Below are positions 10,292 to 19,442 of a DNA stretch of 64,000 nucleotides, in pieces (the first letter of the stretch is position 1; each line of letters begins with the position of its first letter). The stretch lies in the UHGV virus genome UHGV-1430915. One strand, written 5' to 3'. The notes under the pieces are model-generated. The model made no database searches and was not told the origin of the DNA. It saw only the letters and a list, made by a program, of their open reading frames with translations. Made by a program: the position numbers and the translations under genes. Source of the DNA: a virus.

Positions 10292-11299
10292 TTAGTCACC
10301 TTTCAGAGTTGCTTTAACAACCAGCTCTGGGCGGGTGTTAACTGCCAGCATTGAAGTTTCAGATTCAATCTTCTCTTCACGCAGGTATGCAGAGTGTTTA
10401 TACCACATGTACAGTTCCTGTGCAGGGGTATTTGCTTCGTTAACATCATCTGCCGGAGCAAAGTGCAGCTGGAACATCTGATCAATACCCATCGGCAGGA
10501 TGCGAGCCTCTTTCTTAGGAATATTGCCAGAGATATCTTCGATAAAGGTGATACCTTTATGTTCAAACACACGGTATACGCTGTCTTGACCGCCAGCACC
10601 CAGACGGCGACGCAGAGGTTCCTGAGCAGAGCCGTAATAGGTGTATGCCAGTTCTACCAGTGGGTGATGGGTAATAGCACTGAAGAACTCCGGTGAGCAC
10701 AGAGCTACAATACGATAGCCAGCTGCGTTATCGCCAGCTTGCAGCGCGATGTGCAGACGAGCCTCTTCCAGAACCTCCATAGGATCCTGATCTGCTTTTG
10801 CAGGGTCAATCTCAACAGATTTCTGTTCAACACCCCACAGAGTGTAGTAGTCATACTGACAGGTGGTGTCACCAGGTGCATAGGATTTACCCAGAATAGC
10901 CTGGAACAGTGCTTTCTCACGCAGTGCTTCATGAGAAACACGGATACGGCGAACAACGCGGGTTACTACGTCCTGAACAGTTTTCGGAGCATCCGGGGTG
11001 AAGTAACGACGGAAGTTCTGAACATCTGCGGCAGTGATGCCTTTGTCCAGAGGGAAGAACGGGATGTTCAGGTTTTTAACCTGGGCACGTTCACTACCAA
11101 CGTAGTTACGCTCACCGCCACGACGGCGTGCCGGAATGTCGGTTACAACTTCATCAACACGCTCGATCTGAGCAATTGTTGAGGTGCCGAGACGGGTTTC
11201 GAACAGATCCATACCAGTAATCAGTCGGAATTGGCGCGGAACAAGTTCCAGAGTAGCACCTAAATCAACAATGCCAAATTCATCTTTACGAGTAATCAT
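10292..11299 (-). CDS. major capsid protein (lambda gpE-like)
   Basis: 335 aa, follows scaffold and decoration-like genes in lambda-like B-Nu3-D-E order; size and sequence character resemble lambda E family. Confidence 0.65.
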   Translation of the reverse strand: MITRKDEFGIVDLGATLELVPRQFRLITGMDLFETRLGTSTIAQIERVDEVVTDIPARRRGGERNYVGSERAQVKNLNIPFFPLDKGITAADVQNFRRYFTPDAPKTVQDVVTRVVRRIRVSHEALREKALFQAILGKSYAPGDTTCQYDYYTLWGVEQKSVEIDPAKADQDPMEVLEEARLHIALQAGDNAAGYRIVALCSPEFFSAITHHPLVELAYTYYGSAQEPLRRRLGAGGQDSVYRVFEHKGITFIEDISGNIPKKEARILPMGIDQMFQLHFAPADDVNEANTPAQELYMWYKHSAYLREEKIESETSMLAVNTRPELVVKATLKGD

Positions 11300-11346
11300 T
11301 TATTTCTCCAAAGTAAAACTTAAATATTTCCCGAACAATTTAGGGC

Positions 11347-11736
11347 TTACTCATCACCAAGGGTCTGGACTTGAACCTTGTTACCCAGAGCCTCAAGCTT
11401 GTCTAACACAGCCTGTGCTGCTTTAGCGCCACCAGTTGCCAGCAATTTATCCTTGGCAAAAGTAACACCACGCACAGCAACAACCAGTTTATATTTCTTT
11501 GTGCCAAGAGGTTCAGCGATATGCACTTTACCAGCGGAGTCTGGAATTAAAGCACGATCCACCAGAACGCCGTAAGCGTCTGAACCGTCCTGATTGGCAA
11601 TGCTACCATCTTTGGTCACAACCGTGCCAGCGTGGTGATGCTCTGTCAGTGTAATTTCCATCTCTTTAAAATTGTAGCCAGCATCGCTAGAATCAACTTT
11701 GCCGAGCACGATATCAGAATATTGAGTGGTAATCAT
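11347..11736 (-). CDS. putative head decoration protein
   Basis: 129-aa ORF between scaffold and capsid genes (lambda D position). Confidence 0.4.
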   Translation of the reverse strand: MITTQYSDIVLGKVDSSDAGYNFKEMEITLTEHHHAGTVVTKDGSIANQDGSDAYGVLVDRALIPDSAGKVHIAEPLGTKKYKLVVAVRGVTFAKDKLLATGGAKAAQAVLDKLEALGNKVQVQTLGDE

Positions 11737-11756
11737 TTATTTCCCCCGTTAATGTC

Positions 11757-12734
11757 TTATTTGGCAGATTCTGCACGTGCACGAGCAAGTGCTTTTGCAA
11801 CGTTTTCAGCAAGAACTTCTTCTGCGGATTTTGCAATATCATCCACAACAGGTTCGCCATCATTACCATGTTCAGTGGTGGCAAACTCTTCTTTGGTTTT
11901 ATGCACCTCTGCTTCCAGCTCTTTAATTTTGGCTTGAGCTTTCTCCAGCATAGCTACGATAGGTTCGTTAGCTTTTTCCAGCATGAAGTCAACCAGGGTT
12001 GCATGATCTTCTTCACCAACAAAGCTTAAAGCTTGAGCTTTAGCCAGCATTTTAGCTTTTTCAACTTCAACCTGGGCCTTGATGATTTCTTCAGCTTTAC
12101 TCTGGGTTGCTTTCAGCTCTTCTACTTGCTTCAGCAGATCCAGATACTCTTTAGTTTTGGTTACGTCCACCGGATTCTCCTCGGTATTTGCGGATTTTGC
12201 AACATCATCCACCTCGGTAGTTTTATCCACCTCAGCAGGTTCCTGTACCGCCTTGATCAGGTTCCCTTCTTTATCGAAGAGATCAGCGGTTACTTGTTCA
12301 AAAATCTGTTGTGTTTTTAACAGACTGTACTGATCTACCACGCTAAGCTGCTTGCCTTCTTTTGCAGCTTTATGAATGGTCACGTTATCACAACGCTCTT
12401 CCAGCCATGCAATGCAAGACTCTGCGTCAGCTTGCGCCCATTCCCAATCAGGATGCTCTTTAGCCCAAGCTTCCTCTTCAATCTCAAAACCAAGCATGTG
12501 TGCGAGTGCTTTGGCATCGTCATACCACATATCGAAGAAACGACGCAGGTATTCTTCAAAACTCAGCTCCACAGTAACTTGGCGAAGTGCCTTAACAATA
12601 TCGTCTGTTAACTGCTCAGGCTGGAGATCACTCTTCATCAAAAGAGATACAGGTCTGTTGTTAGCGCTATAGCCTTGCGCCTTATGGCACAGGGCAATCC
12701 CCTTCTCTTTAATAGTGATTGTTTTTTCAGACAT
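11757..12734 (-). CDS. scaffolding protein
   Basis: 325 aa, highly charged E/K/A-rich coiled-coil sequence between portal-side genes and capsid. Confidence 0.6.
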   Translation of the reverse strand: MSEKTITIKEKGIALCHKAQGYSANNRPVSLLMKSDLQPEQLTDDIVKALRQVTVELSFEEYLRRFFDMWYDDAKALAHMLGFEIEEEAWAKEHPDWEWAQADAESCIAWLEERCDNVTIHKAAKEGKQLSVVDQYSLLKTQQIFEQVTADLFDKEGNLIKAVQEPAEVDKTTEVDDVAKSANTEENPVDVTKTKEYLDLLKQVEELKATQSKAEEIIKAQVEVEKAKMLAKAQALSFVGEEDHATLVDFMLEKANEPIVAMLEKAQAKIKELEAEVHKTKEEFATTEHGNDGEPVVDDIAKSAEEVLAENVAKALARARAESAK

Positions 12735-13138
12735 TATTCATTGCCCTCTTCTACAACACTGATCCCGAAATTTACGTTGGTAATTTCGCCCGTCTCTTCA
12801 TCAACATTACCTGTTGCCTGAATGCTTAGGCCACCAACAATGCCAGCCTTCTTAGCTTCCCATAATTCAGGATTATTGTATTTAACTTTAGCAACCCAAG
12901 AGCCAGCCTTGATGACCTGCTCAGTACCAATTACTACAACATCAAACTCTTCTTGAATCCACGTCTTTTCAATGGTGAAAGCATCTGTGGAGGTCAAGTG
13001 GAAAAGGTTTTCAGAAACTAGGCCTGCGGCGTATGCTGCGTCCCAATTATCTTTAGCCTTTTTGATGGTGTCTTTACTCATCCACTCACCGTGAGCATCT
13101 TTAGTGTCAGGTTCGTAGATGATTTCGTAGGAAATCAT
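12734..13138 (-). CDS. hypothetical head morphogenesis protein
   Basis: ORF after portal; start placed at Met with AGGAAG RBS downstream of portal stop; no protease motif recognised. Confidence 0.35.
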   Translation of the reverse strand: MISYEIIYEPDTKDAHGEWMSKDTIKKAKDNWDAAYAAGLVSENLFHLTSTDAFTIEKTWIQEEFDVVVIGTEQVIKAGSWVAKVKYNNPELWEAKKAGIVGGLSIQATGNVDEETGEITNVNFGISVVEEGNE

Positions 13139-13220
13139 TTCTTCCTGTGGCATCTTATTCCCCATGTGGATTATTTTATCACGCCAAAGGAGGTTTTGCA
13201 ACCCCCTGTGTTGATAATTT

Positions 13221-14777
13221 TTAATTTTCCATGTTAGATATGGAATTATCTCTGGTCGATGACATCTTAGAAGTGCCGTTGCCAGTGGATCCTGCAGCCA
13301 TACCATCACCAGCCCTGCTGATGTCCTGGCCCAAGAGCTTCATCAGCTCTTCCTGATCCATGTCTTCGTCAAATCTTTCATCAAACCCGCCTACCTCAAG
13401 AATCTTATTAATTACTGCAGGAGTTTTTGGCAAGTAACCTACAGCACCGATCCTCTGGACAAACTTGGAGAAGCTCTCCATGTCCACTTCTTCAATCAGA
13501 CCAGGTTTCAGTTTAGGCATATCATCATCTTCAAGGATGATACCATTCAATGCCAGAAGCTGTGGAATAAGATCTTTATTGAAGGCCTCAGTGATAATAT
13601 CTATATCACGCTGAACAAAATGACCATGAATGGACTGTTTTGACTCAGACAGAGAGAAGGATCCGACGTTATCGTTACCGAGGTTAATAAATCCAGCACC
13701 GAAACGGTCAAGAATCGCCTTCTTACGGGCATCAATCAAATCTTTAGTAGAATACTGCTTACCCATACCATCAACCCCCTTCAGGGTCATGGAGTAAAGC
13801 TCTTTACCAGACTTATCTCTATCAGACGGAAGTATAAAGAAACTTTGCTCCCCACTATGGGCGTTTGCTGCGTCCAACATAAGATCTGCAACCATTCTCC
13901 CTTCCATCGAATTCGGGTCAATGCTGGCCTTGTTCAAAATATTGGAAGGAATTTTCAGCTCAAGCACACCACCAAGGTCTTTGGAGCAGCCAACAACCTC
14001 AAGGTTTTCAATCAAAACTTTCTCACGGAAAGATCTGTAGCAACCTATCATCGGTGACACACCTGCAGGATTAGATTCTGTTCCTGACAGAGTCATGAGC
14101 ATAAGCTTTTTAGCAGGGATGAAAATTTCAGGCTCATTAAAGCCTTTTGAAGGCATTGCAGCGAGAGGTCCAGCCCAGCGTGCATTCTGAGTGTTTAGAA
14201 ATGCATTAGGTGACTGATAAATACCTGTCAGTGTTCTGCTATTCTTGTCAAAGACAAACGGCTCTGATCTGGACAAACTGGCCTGTGGTCGGAATGCAAT
14301 TTTATCAATAAGAAGCATCCCGGCATATTTACCTTCTTTCTCTCTGCGGTATACTTTCTCAAACAGTGAAAAACCATACTCGTTAAAGGTAGCTGCGCTT
14401 CTTGCAATATCTCGAAGAGTTTGTTGGTTTGCCAAATTACGCAAAGAATACTCTATAAGCTCGGCGGCTTTCTTAGAGTCTTCACTTTTAACATTATAAA
14501 GGATCTTAAAATCATTGAATGCTTTCGTGATGAAAACATATTTTGTATCTAAGGCAGTAGCAACTGTGGAATCACATTTCATAGTCTCCACTGTGGCAAT
14601 CAGCTGAGGCCAACGCAATTCCTCAACCATCATAGATTGTGATTCTGCCATAATTTGGGAAAGTGCGCCAGAACCGATCTCACTCATACGAACATTATGA
14701 GTTGGTGCGCCTGCGTTCCCAGATTTATTCACAGTTTTGGCTGTGGCGTTGTGTTTCCTGCGGTTCTTTTTGGACAC
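13221..14777 (-). CDS. portal protein
   Basis: 518-aa ORF immediately downstream of terminase large subunit. Confidence 0.7.
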   Translation of the reverse strand: MSKKNRRKHNATAKTVNKSGNAGAPTHNVRMSEIGSGALSQIMAESQSMMVEELRWPQLIATVETMKCDSTVATALDTKYVFITKAFNDFKILYNVKSEDSKKAAELIEYSLRNLANQQTLRDIARSAATFNEYGFSLFEKVYRREKEGKYAGMLLIDKIAFRPQASLSRSEPFVFDKNSRTLTGIYQSPNAFLNTQNARWAGPLAAMPSKGFNEPEIFIPAKKLMLMTLSGTESNPAGVSPMIGCYRSFREKVLIENLEVVGCSKDLGGVLELKIPSNILNKASIDPNSMEGRMVADLMLDAANAHSGEQSFFILPSDRDKSGKELYSMTLKGVDGMGKQYSTKDLIDARKKAILDRFGAGFINLGNDNVGSFSLSESKQSIHGHFVQRDIDIITEAFNKDLIPQLLALNGIILEDDDMPKLKPGLIEEVDMESFSKFVQRIGAVGYLPKTPAVINKILEVGGFDERFDEDMDQEELMKLLGQDISRAGDGMAAGSTGNGTSKMSSTRDNSISNMEN

Positions 14778-14879
14778 AAGCTTTACCCCTCAAAACAGTA
14801 TAACAAAATAGCCCTCGTGTCAGAGGGCTAGTATCTCCGATTACTCTATTCTACCACATCTAATTAAGATTGGCAACAC

Positions 14880-16427
14880 TTAGATAAAACGCTTGAACAT
14901 AGAAGGTGATGAGATTGATGGAATCACACAAGGCAGCGCTACCTCCTCTTTCTCCAGGAAATTAATCGCAGAAGCTACACAGTCGGCCCAGTCGTCTTTT
15001 CTGTTAAATGTTGATCTTTCCCCGTTGAACTTTTCAAGTTCAGTCAGAAATGCTTCCAGAGTGTCAGGATGGAAACTGGATTTTACAATCCTCACCATTC
15101 CTTGTTGGGCAAGATTGGCAAAAGGTGAGAACCTTGTCAGTTTAGATTTGTTGGAAGGCATTGGATCTTCTTCAACCCTGAACCCTTCGGCGAGCAAGGA
15201 TCTGGACGAGGTTAAGAATTCACTCTTACCTGCCTGACCGGGGTCCACAGAAAATACGATTATGCAATCATCTCCATCAAACTGCGCCTGTTTCCTGATG
15301 ATCACATCTCGTTCCCCAGCCTTTTTACAGAACTTGCCTTCCAGACCTGTGGAATACCTACCGTCATCCACGTTCTCAGGACAATAATCCCCGGACAGGT
15401 AATAAAAGCCGTCGCTATCTTTACTTACCTTAACACTGGCGGTAAAGTCAGGAAATTTATTACCGGAAGTTCTCTCGGTTCCTGCCTTATCCCATGCCCT
15501 GCAAGATACTGATCCAAGAGGTACTCTATCGGCATCCCGAAGGAAAGATCTTTGGAAATAGTTTGCACCTTCAGGTTTGGCAAACCAGTTGCCATGAAGA
15601 AGCTGGGCTTTTTCAAGCTCGGGCAGACCTTCAAGGAAAGCAAGGTATTCTGGGTTGTCTCTCAAGCAGACAGGATTATCGAAAATTGTTGCGCCTATAA
15701 ACGAGAATGACAACGGTCTTGGCTTGATCTCCACACCCAGTCCGTTAACCGTGGTGTATTTCTCTATTAACTCCTCTTTAGAGTCTCCCCAGATAAACTC
15801 ACCGTCGCGTCGGATAAAATATCTTTTCTTACCACATTTCTCCGGGTCTGGATACCCTTCATCGTCCAACCACCACCTAACCAGTTTGGCAAGCATGTGT
15901 TCTGAGTCTGGGTTACAGCTGATAACCATTCTTGATGGATACTTTGACTGAGATCGCAGACGAGACATCAAATAGTCTATCTGCTCCCATTCGAATTGCG
16001 TGCCTTCATCGAAGCAAACCATGGTGTACTCAAGGCCTTGATGGTTAAGCTTATCTTGGACATACTCCATGTGGCAGTATTTTACAACGGCCCCTTTTTT
16101 GCTCCTGTCCCACTTGCCAGTGCTCGGATCAAACCGTGGAAAAATAAACTTATGATCCTTCTCTCTGAACTTTGGTTTAATGTTTTCAGGCAGATCACTG
16201 TAAATAGCTACTGCTTTAGGCCATAGACCACCCTCACCTTCCAACTGTGGAGTTGTTCTTCGGAACATAACCACAGAGCTGTGCGGGTCATCAATAATTT
16301 TAAGCGGCATTAGCTGCAAGAGGAACGACTTGCCAGACCCAGCTGCACCTCCGATCACCAAAATATCTGCATCGTTCTCTAGGATCATCTTCTGCTTTTC
16401 AGAACACGGTCCGTAAATCTTAGACAT
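14880..16427 (-). CDS. terminase large subunit
   Basis: Walker A motif VIGGAAGSGKSF near N-terminus, 515 aa, precedes portal. Confidence 0.85.
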   Translation of the reverse strand: MSKIYGPCSEKQKMILENDADILVIGGAAGSGKSFLLQLMPLKIIDDPHSSVVMFRRTTPQLEGEGGLWPKAVAIYSDLPENIKPKFREKDHKFIFPRFDPSTGKWDRSKKGAVVKYCHMEYVQDKLNHQGLEYTMVCFDEGTQFEWEQIDYLMSRLRSQSKYPSRMVISCNPDSEHMLAKLVRWWLDDEGYPDPEKCGKKRYFIRRDGEFIWGDSKEELIEKYTTVNGLGVEIKPRPLSFSFIGATIFDNPVCLRDNPEYLAFLEGLPELEKAQLLHGNWFAKPEGANYFQRSFLRDADRVPLGSVSCRAWDKAGTERTSGNKFPDFTASVKVSKDSDGFYYLSGDYCPENVDDGRYSTGLEGKFCKKAGERDVIIRKQAQFDGDDCIIVFSVDPGQAGKSEFLTSSRSLLAEGFRVEEDPMPSNKSKLTRFSPFANLAQQGMVRIVKSSFHPDTLEAFLTELEKFNGERSTFNRKDDWADCVASAINFLEKEEVALPCVIPSISSPSMFKRFI

Positions 16428-16714
16428 TAACCTCTCTCCTTTGGAAACAGTGTTCTTATATAGTCTTGCAAAATGATCAATTTAGCTCTATCATTACTAC
16501 AAGACAGGTTATTATCCCTCATAATGCCAGAATTCACCGCATCTGGCGCACCTTTCTTCAAAGGGATAGCTTTAGCAGGTGGTTTCATAGCACCCTCGGG
16601 AGGTTTAACAATCAACCTTCCTACATCCGGAGGGTCAATCTTGTATTCTCTCTCAACGCTGGTTGCACACCCACACAATAACAAGCACAAAACAACCAGT
16701 GCAGTAACTCTCAT
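16427..16714 (-). CDS. o-spanin (Rz1-like outer membrane lipoprotein)
   Basis: Signal peptide with lipobox-like LLLCGC, proline-rich mature region, overlaps i-spanin by 4 nt. Confidence 0.6.
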   Translation of the reverse strand: MRVTALVVLCLLLCGCATSVEREYKIDPPDVGRLIVKPPEGAMKPPAKAIPLKKGAPDAVNSGIMRDNNLSCSNDRAKLIILQDYIRTLFPKERG

Positions 16715-17109
16715 CGAACCTCCTGATTGATACTCTCATTATAAATATCTATTAGCTGATCAGGAAGTGTTGACTTCTTACCTTCAGGAGATTGGAGGTA
16801 GATAATCTGCTTTTCTTTACCTGCCTTCTCAGCCATATTTAATTTATCCTGTAGATCAGAAAGAGATTTTTCAAGGTTTTTAACCTCCTCTGCGTGGCCC
16901 ATTTTAATTTTGTCGGCCTGCTTTTGTTGTTGGTCAAGGATCCGTTCCCACTTTAACTCTGTTGCTGACACACCTTCTTGATAAGCATCATTGAGCTTAG
17001 AGTTAAACCAATACACGGCCCCAAGATAAGCCATGCCTATAGCCGCTGCAAAAACTAAACCTTTTATGATCCCTCTGTGTTTACTCATCAATGTTAAAAC
17101 TGAAATCAT
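16711..17109 (-). CDS. i-spanin (Rz-like)
   Basis: N-terminal transmembrane helix followed by charged coiled-coil; adjacent to lipoprotein partner. Confidence 0.6.
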   Translation of the reverse strand: MISVLTLMSKHRGIIKGLVFAAAIGMAYLGAVYWFNSKLNDAYQEGVSATELKWERILDQQQKQADKIKMGHAEEVKNLEKSLSDLQDKLNMAEKAGKEKQIIYLQSPEGKKSTLPDQLIDIYNESINQEVR

Positions 17110-17123
17110 TTTTAAGGCTCCAG

Positions 17124-17160
17124 AAACGAAAAAACCCCGCAGCTATACAGCTAACGGGGC
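17124..17160 (-). terminator. candidate intrinsic terminator (minus strand)
   Basis: CCCCG stem with palindromic loop followed by UUUUUU on minus strand. Confidence 0.45.
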
Positions 17161-17215
17161 GGGTTAAAATTGAGTAACCTAAATAGATCGAAACTAACTA
17201 AAAGGAGACTAATAC

Positions 17216-17485
17216 TTATCGAGGCACTCGGTGGATGATTCTGACAGTAACCGCATTCTCATTCATCAAGTAAGCATCCACATCTCTGTAAATATAAAAC
17301 TTCTGCTCGCTATCAACAACACAAGCTACTGCCCCTTCAGAGTTGTCTTCAAAGAAGACCACAACTGCATCGCAGCTTAGTTCATGATACGACTCTCGAA
17401 GATTTACAGCAAGAGGGTTAAAATCGTCACGAAGATCTAAAGTATGGGTTGGATTTACACGTTCTACAATTTTAAGTGTATACAT
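17216..17485 (-). CDS. hypothetical protein
   Basis: 89-aa ORF downstream of tRNA cluster. Confidence 0.4.
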   Translation of the reverse strand: MYTLKIVERVNPTHTLDLRDDFNPLAVNLRESYHELSCDAVVVFFEDNSEGAVACVVDSEQKFYIYRDVDAYLMNENAVTVRIIHRVPR

Positions 17486-17531
17486 TTTAAAGGTTCCTTT
17501 TGTGTGTATATATTTAAAGTATAACTAAAGG

Positions 17532-17608
17532 TGGTCTCCACGGAGTGATTCGAACACTCGACCTCCTGATCCCAAATCAGGCGCTCTACCAAGCTGAGCT
17601 ACGCGGAG
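17532..17608 (-). tRNA. tRNA-Pro (anticodon TGG)
   Basis: Cloverleaf by hand: acceptor stem paired, D-arm GCTC/GAGC, anticodon loop TTTGGGA, T-loop GTTCGAATC, encoded CCA. Confidence 0.8.
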
Positions 17609-17619
17609 TATTTATTATT

Positions 17620-17694
17620 TGGTGGCCCTGGGTGGAATTGAACCACCGTCTGGCGATTATGAGTCGCTTGCTTGAACCTTCCAGCTACAGGGCC
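17620..17694 (-). tRNA. tRNA-Met (anticodon CAT)
   Basis: Acceptor GGCCCTG/CAGGGCC, anticodon loop CTCATAA, T-loop GGTTCAATTCC, CCA encoded. Confidence 0.8.
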
Positions 17695-17695
17695 A

Positions 17696-17771
17696 TGGTG
17701 CTGATGGCAGGACTTGAACCTGCAACCTATTGATTACAAATCAATTGCACTGCCAATTGTGCTACATCAGC
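17696..17771 (-). tRNA. tRNA-Thr (anticodon TGT)
   Basis: Acceptor GCTGATG/CATCAGC, anticodon loop TTTGTAA, T-loop GGTTCAAGTCC, CCA encoded. Confidence 0.8.
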
Positions 17772-17775
17772 AAAA

Positions 17776-17878
17776 GGTGCTAGGTGATGGAATCGAACCA
17801 CCTATGTATTCAACGACTACCTCGTCTATTTTCAGGATTAAAAATCCTCGCCCTTGCCAAAGGGCTTACCTAGCGCAA
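17776..17878 (-). ncRNA. tRNA-like element (perfect acceptor and T-arm; Lys-TTT-like anticodon loop; about 30 extra nt before T-arm; no encoded CCA)
   Basis: Acceptor GCTAGGT pairs with ACCTAGC, T-loop GGTTCGATTCC present, but region between anticodon and T arms far exceeds any normal variable arm. Confidence 0.4.
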
Positions 17879-17880
17879 TA

Positions 17881-17972
17881 TGTTGACCATGTGGCTAGTC
17901 GGCGATGACGACTGTAACATTTGATAATCCGGTTCTGCTTCCGGCTTTCGCTTAATTACAAGGTCAACAATG
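17881..17972 (-). ncRNA. candidate small structured RNA within tRNA cluster
   Basis: 8-bp closing stem TGTTGACC/GGTCAACA enclosing two hairpins (AGTCG..CGACT and CCGG..CCGG); lacks T-loop signature. Confidence 0.3.
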
Positions 17973-18063
17973 TGGCGGAGAGTAATGGAATCGAACCATC
18001 ATCGAGTCATCCTCAACGGGACGGTTTTCAAGACCGCTTGAGCACCATTGCTCCCTACCCTCC
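17973..18063 (-). tRNA. tRNA-Ser (anticodon TGA)
   Basis: Anticodon loop CTTGAAA, long variable arm, T-loop GGTTCGATTCC, acceptor GGAGGGT/ACTCTCC, CCA encoded. Confidence 0.8.
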
Positions 18064-18177
18064 TTTATAAATTACACTGATAATGACACTGATTTTCGAG
18101 CAGTTAGTGACTAGTATAAACGACGATAAATATCAATGTCATTATCTGTATGATTTATGCATTTAAAAATATAAATT

Positions 18178-18264
18178 TGGTGGGGAGTGGTGGAGTCGAA
18201 CCACCCGAGTCGCAATGACAATAGATTTACAGTCTACACCGCTACCTCTACGGGATAACTCCCC
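18178..18264 (-). tRNA. tRNA-Tyr (anticodon GTA)
   Basis: Anticodon loop CTGTAAA, long variable arm, acceptor GGGGAGT/ACTCCCC, CCA encoded. Confidence 0.8.
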
Positions 18265-18268
18265 AATT

Positions 18269-18343
18269 TGGCACCCCGTACTGGACTCGAACCAGTGTCA
18301 ACGGCTTAGAAGGCCGCTGCTTTATCCACTAAGCTAACAGGGC
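18269..18343 (-). tRNA. tRNA-Arg (anticodon TCT)
   Basis: Anticodon loop CTTCTAA, D-arm GCTT/AAGC, acceptor with G-U pairs, CCA encoded. Confidence 0.75.
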
Positions 18344-18401
18344 ACTGGGTGGCTTTCTTTTACACCTGAGCCGCCAGAAAAGGTGGGAGACCATGTTTAT
18401 A

Positions 18402-18430
18402 ATATTACACTGTTAGGCAAAGTTTGTCAA
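18402..18430 (-). promoter_or_regulatory. sigma70-like promoter for tRNA cluster (minus strand)
   Basis: TTGACA-N17-TAATAT on minus strand about 50 nt upstream of tRNA-Arg. Confidence 0.45.
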
Positions 18431-18439
18431 GAAAATATT

Positions 18440-18778
18440 TTAACTATTGCCAACAGGCTGTATTTCTGTGGTAAATGGCATAAAAGGTGCTGGTTTTTCA
18501 GCCTCTTCTACTACCACCTCTTCCTCTTCACCAAACATCTCATCATATTCTTCCTGCATTCGGTCTGCCTTATCAAGAACATACTCTGCAATGCTTTGAC
18601 GAATATTTTGTTTGGTTTTCGGGTCCAACATCAGCTCTCTTAAAACTTTGTGAGCTTCTGGAACCATCGCTATAAAAGATTCCTTCATATCAAGAATGTT
18701 CTTCTCTAGCTGAATGGCGTTGGACTCCTCTTTCAGAGGTCTGCCTCTACGGCGACGCTTTTTAGTTGTATCCGCCAT
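18440..18778 (-). CDS. small DNA-binding-like protein (basic AT-hook-like N-terminus KKRRRRGRP, acidic C-terminus)
   Basis: ORF from ATG at 18776-18778 with GGAGGAAAC RBS; own promoter and operator palindrome upstream. Confidence 0.5.
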   Translation of the reverse strand: MADTTKKRRRRGRPLKEESNAIQLEKNILDMKESFIAMVPEAHKVLRELMLDPKTKQNIRQSIAEYVLDKADRMQEEYDEMFGEEEEVVVEEAEKPAPFMPFTTEIQPVGNS

Positions 18779-18789
18779 GTTTCCTCCAT

Positions 18790-18801
18790 TATCACGTGAT
18801 A
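18790..18801. promoter_or_regulatory. operator-like perfect palindrome TATCACGTGATA
   Basis: 12-bp perfect palindrome between -10 and RBS of gene 18440-18778; second half-site TATCACGG at 18811-18818. Confidence 0.45.
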
Positions 18802-18806
18802 GGTGG

Positions 18807-18835
18807 ATTTTATCACGGCAAATACTGATTGTCAA
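18807..18835 (-). promoter_or_regulatory. sigma70-like promoter (minus strand) TTGACA-N17-TAAAAT
   Basis: Consensus -35 and near-consensus -10 with 17-nt spacer upstream of 18440-18778. Confidence 0.5.
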
Positions 18836-19030
18836 GTTCGCCGCAGGGTGGTATTCCCTGCGACTTGCCCAGCGTCCTGGACCAGCAAGACCCAACAAGT
18901 GGGTTACCAGATACCCATTACCGCGCTCTGGCTCGACCTTATTACAGGTTGGCTGGGGTCACATCGTCATGTGCTGGCTGCCCCTACCATTTTAAGTGTG
19001 GTGCACTATCAAGCCCTCTAAGGGGAACTC
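18836..19030. repeat. GC-rich noncoding element, copy A
   Basis: GC-rich island in AT-rich genome; shares colinear blocks with copy B (ttgtcaagtt, gcgctctggctcgacc, gtgtggtgcactat..gccc); contains 7-bp perfect stem CGCAGGG-tggtatt-CCCTGCG. Confidence 0.4.
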
Positions 19031-19123
19031 AGACTTCTCCGAACCCTGTTTCAAAGCATCCGGAGATAAAGCCATCAAACTCATCTTTAAATTGGATATT
19101 CATCATGATACACGAAAACAACC

Positions 19124-19366
19124 TCATTGTAAAGCACAAATAAATAAAACATACTTAATTTGTTTGTTATCGGGCTCAGGGTAGAAGTAGAAGATCTTGC
19201 TATCACCAATCTGAACACCACCATCCCAACAACATAAACCATAACCAGTATTCATACAAGCTAAGTCGTTGGCAAAATCTATTGCATCATCTAGTGCACG
19301 AAATTCACCTTCATCTTCTAAATAATCCTCATTCATGGAACGGAAAACGAGCTTAACCTTAAACAT
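19124..19366 (-). CDS. hypothetical protein
   Basis: 80-aa ORF. Confidence 0.35.
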   Translation of the reverse strand: MFKVKLVFRSMNEDYLEDEGEFRALDDAIDFANDLACMNTGYGLCCWDGGVQIGDSKIFYFYPEPDNKQIKYVLFICALQ

Positions 19367-19442
19367 AGCATTACCTGTAGACCTCGTAAGTTAAAATTGT
19401 ATCACATCATATTGCAGATCTTATCAGGTAACATTATTTTTG

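Noticed and set aside
492-12672. Numerous plus-strand ORFs of 60-150 aa lying antisense within the minus-strand structural genes (for example 492-689, 951-1580, 3718-4152, 6265-6708, 10739-11182, 12376-12672)
   Set aside because: Each is fully embedded antisense in a longer, well-supported structural gene, has no RBS and shows low-complexity or Cys/Ser-rich translation; treated as spurious.
12734-13309. Calling the ORF after the portal a prohead protease, and using its full 191-aa extent
   Set aside because: The upstream 57 codons overlap the portal gene; no Ser/His protease motifs recognised; left as a hypothetical head morphogenesis protein with a downstream start.
18714-19184. Plus-strand ORFs through GC-rich element A (18714-18995, 18803-19021, 18829-19143, 18996-19184) and through element B (20347-20559, 20394-20591)
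   Set aside because: Mutually overlapping, no RBS, Pro/Arg/Ser-rich translations typical of GC-rich noncoding DNA; the regions are better explained as noncoding elements.
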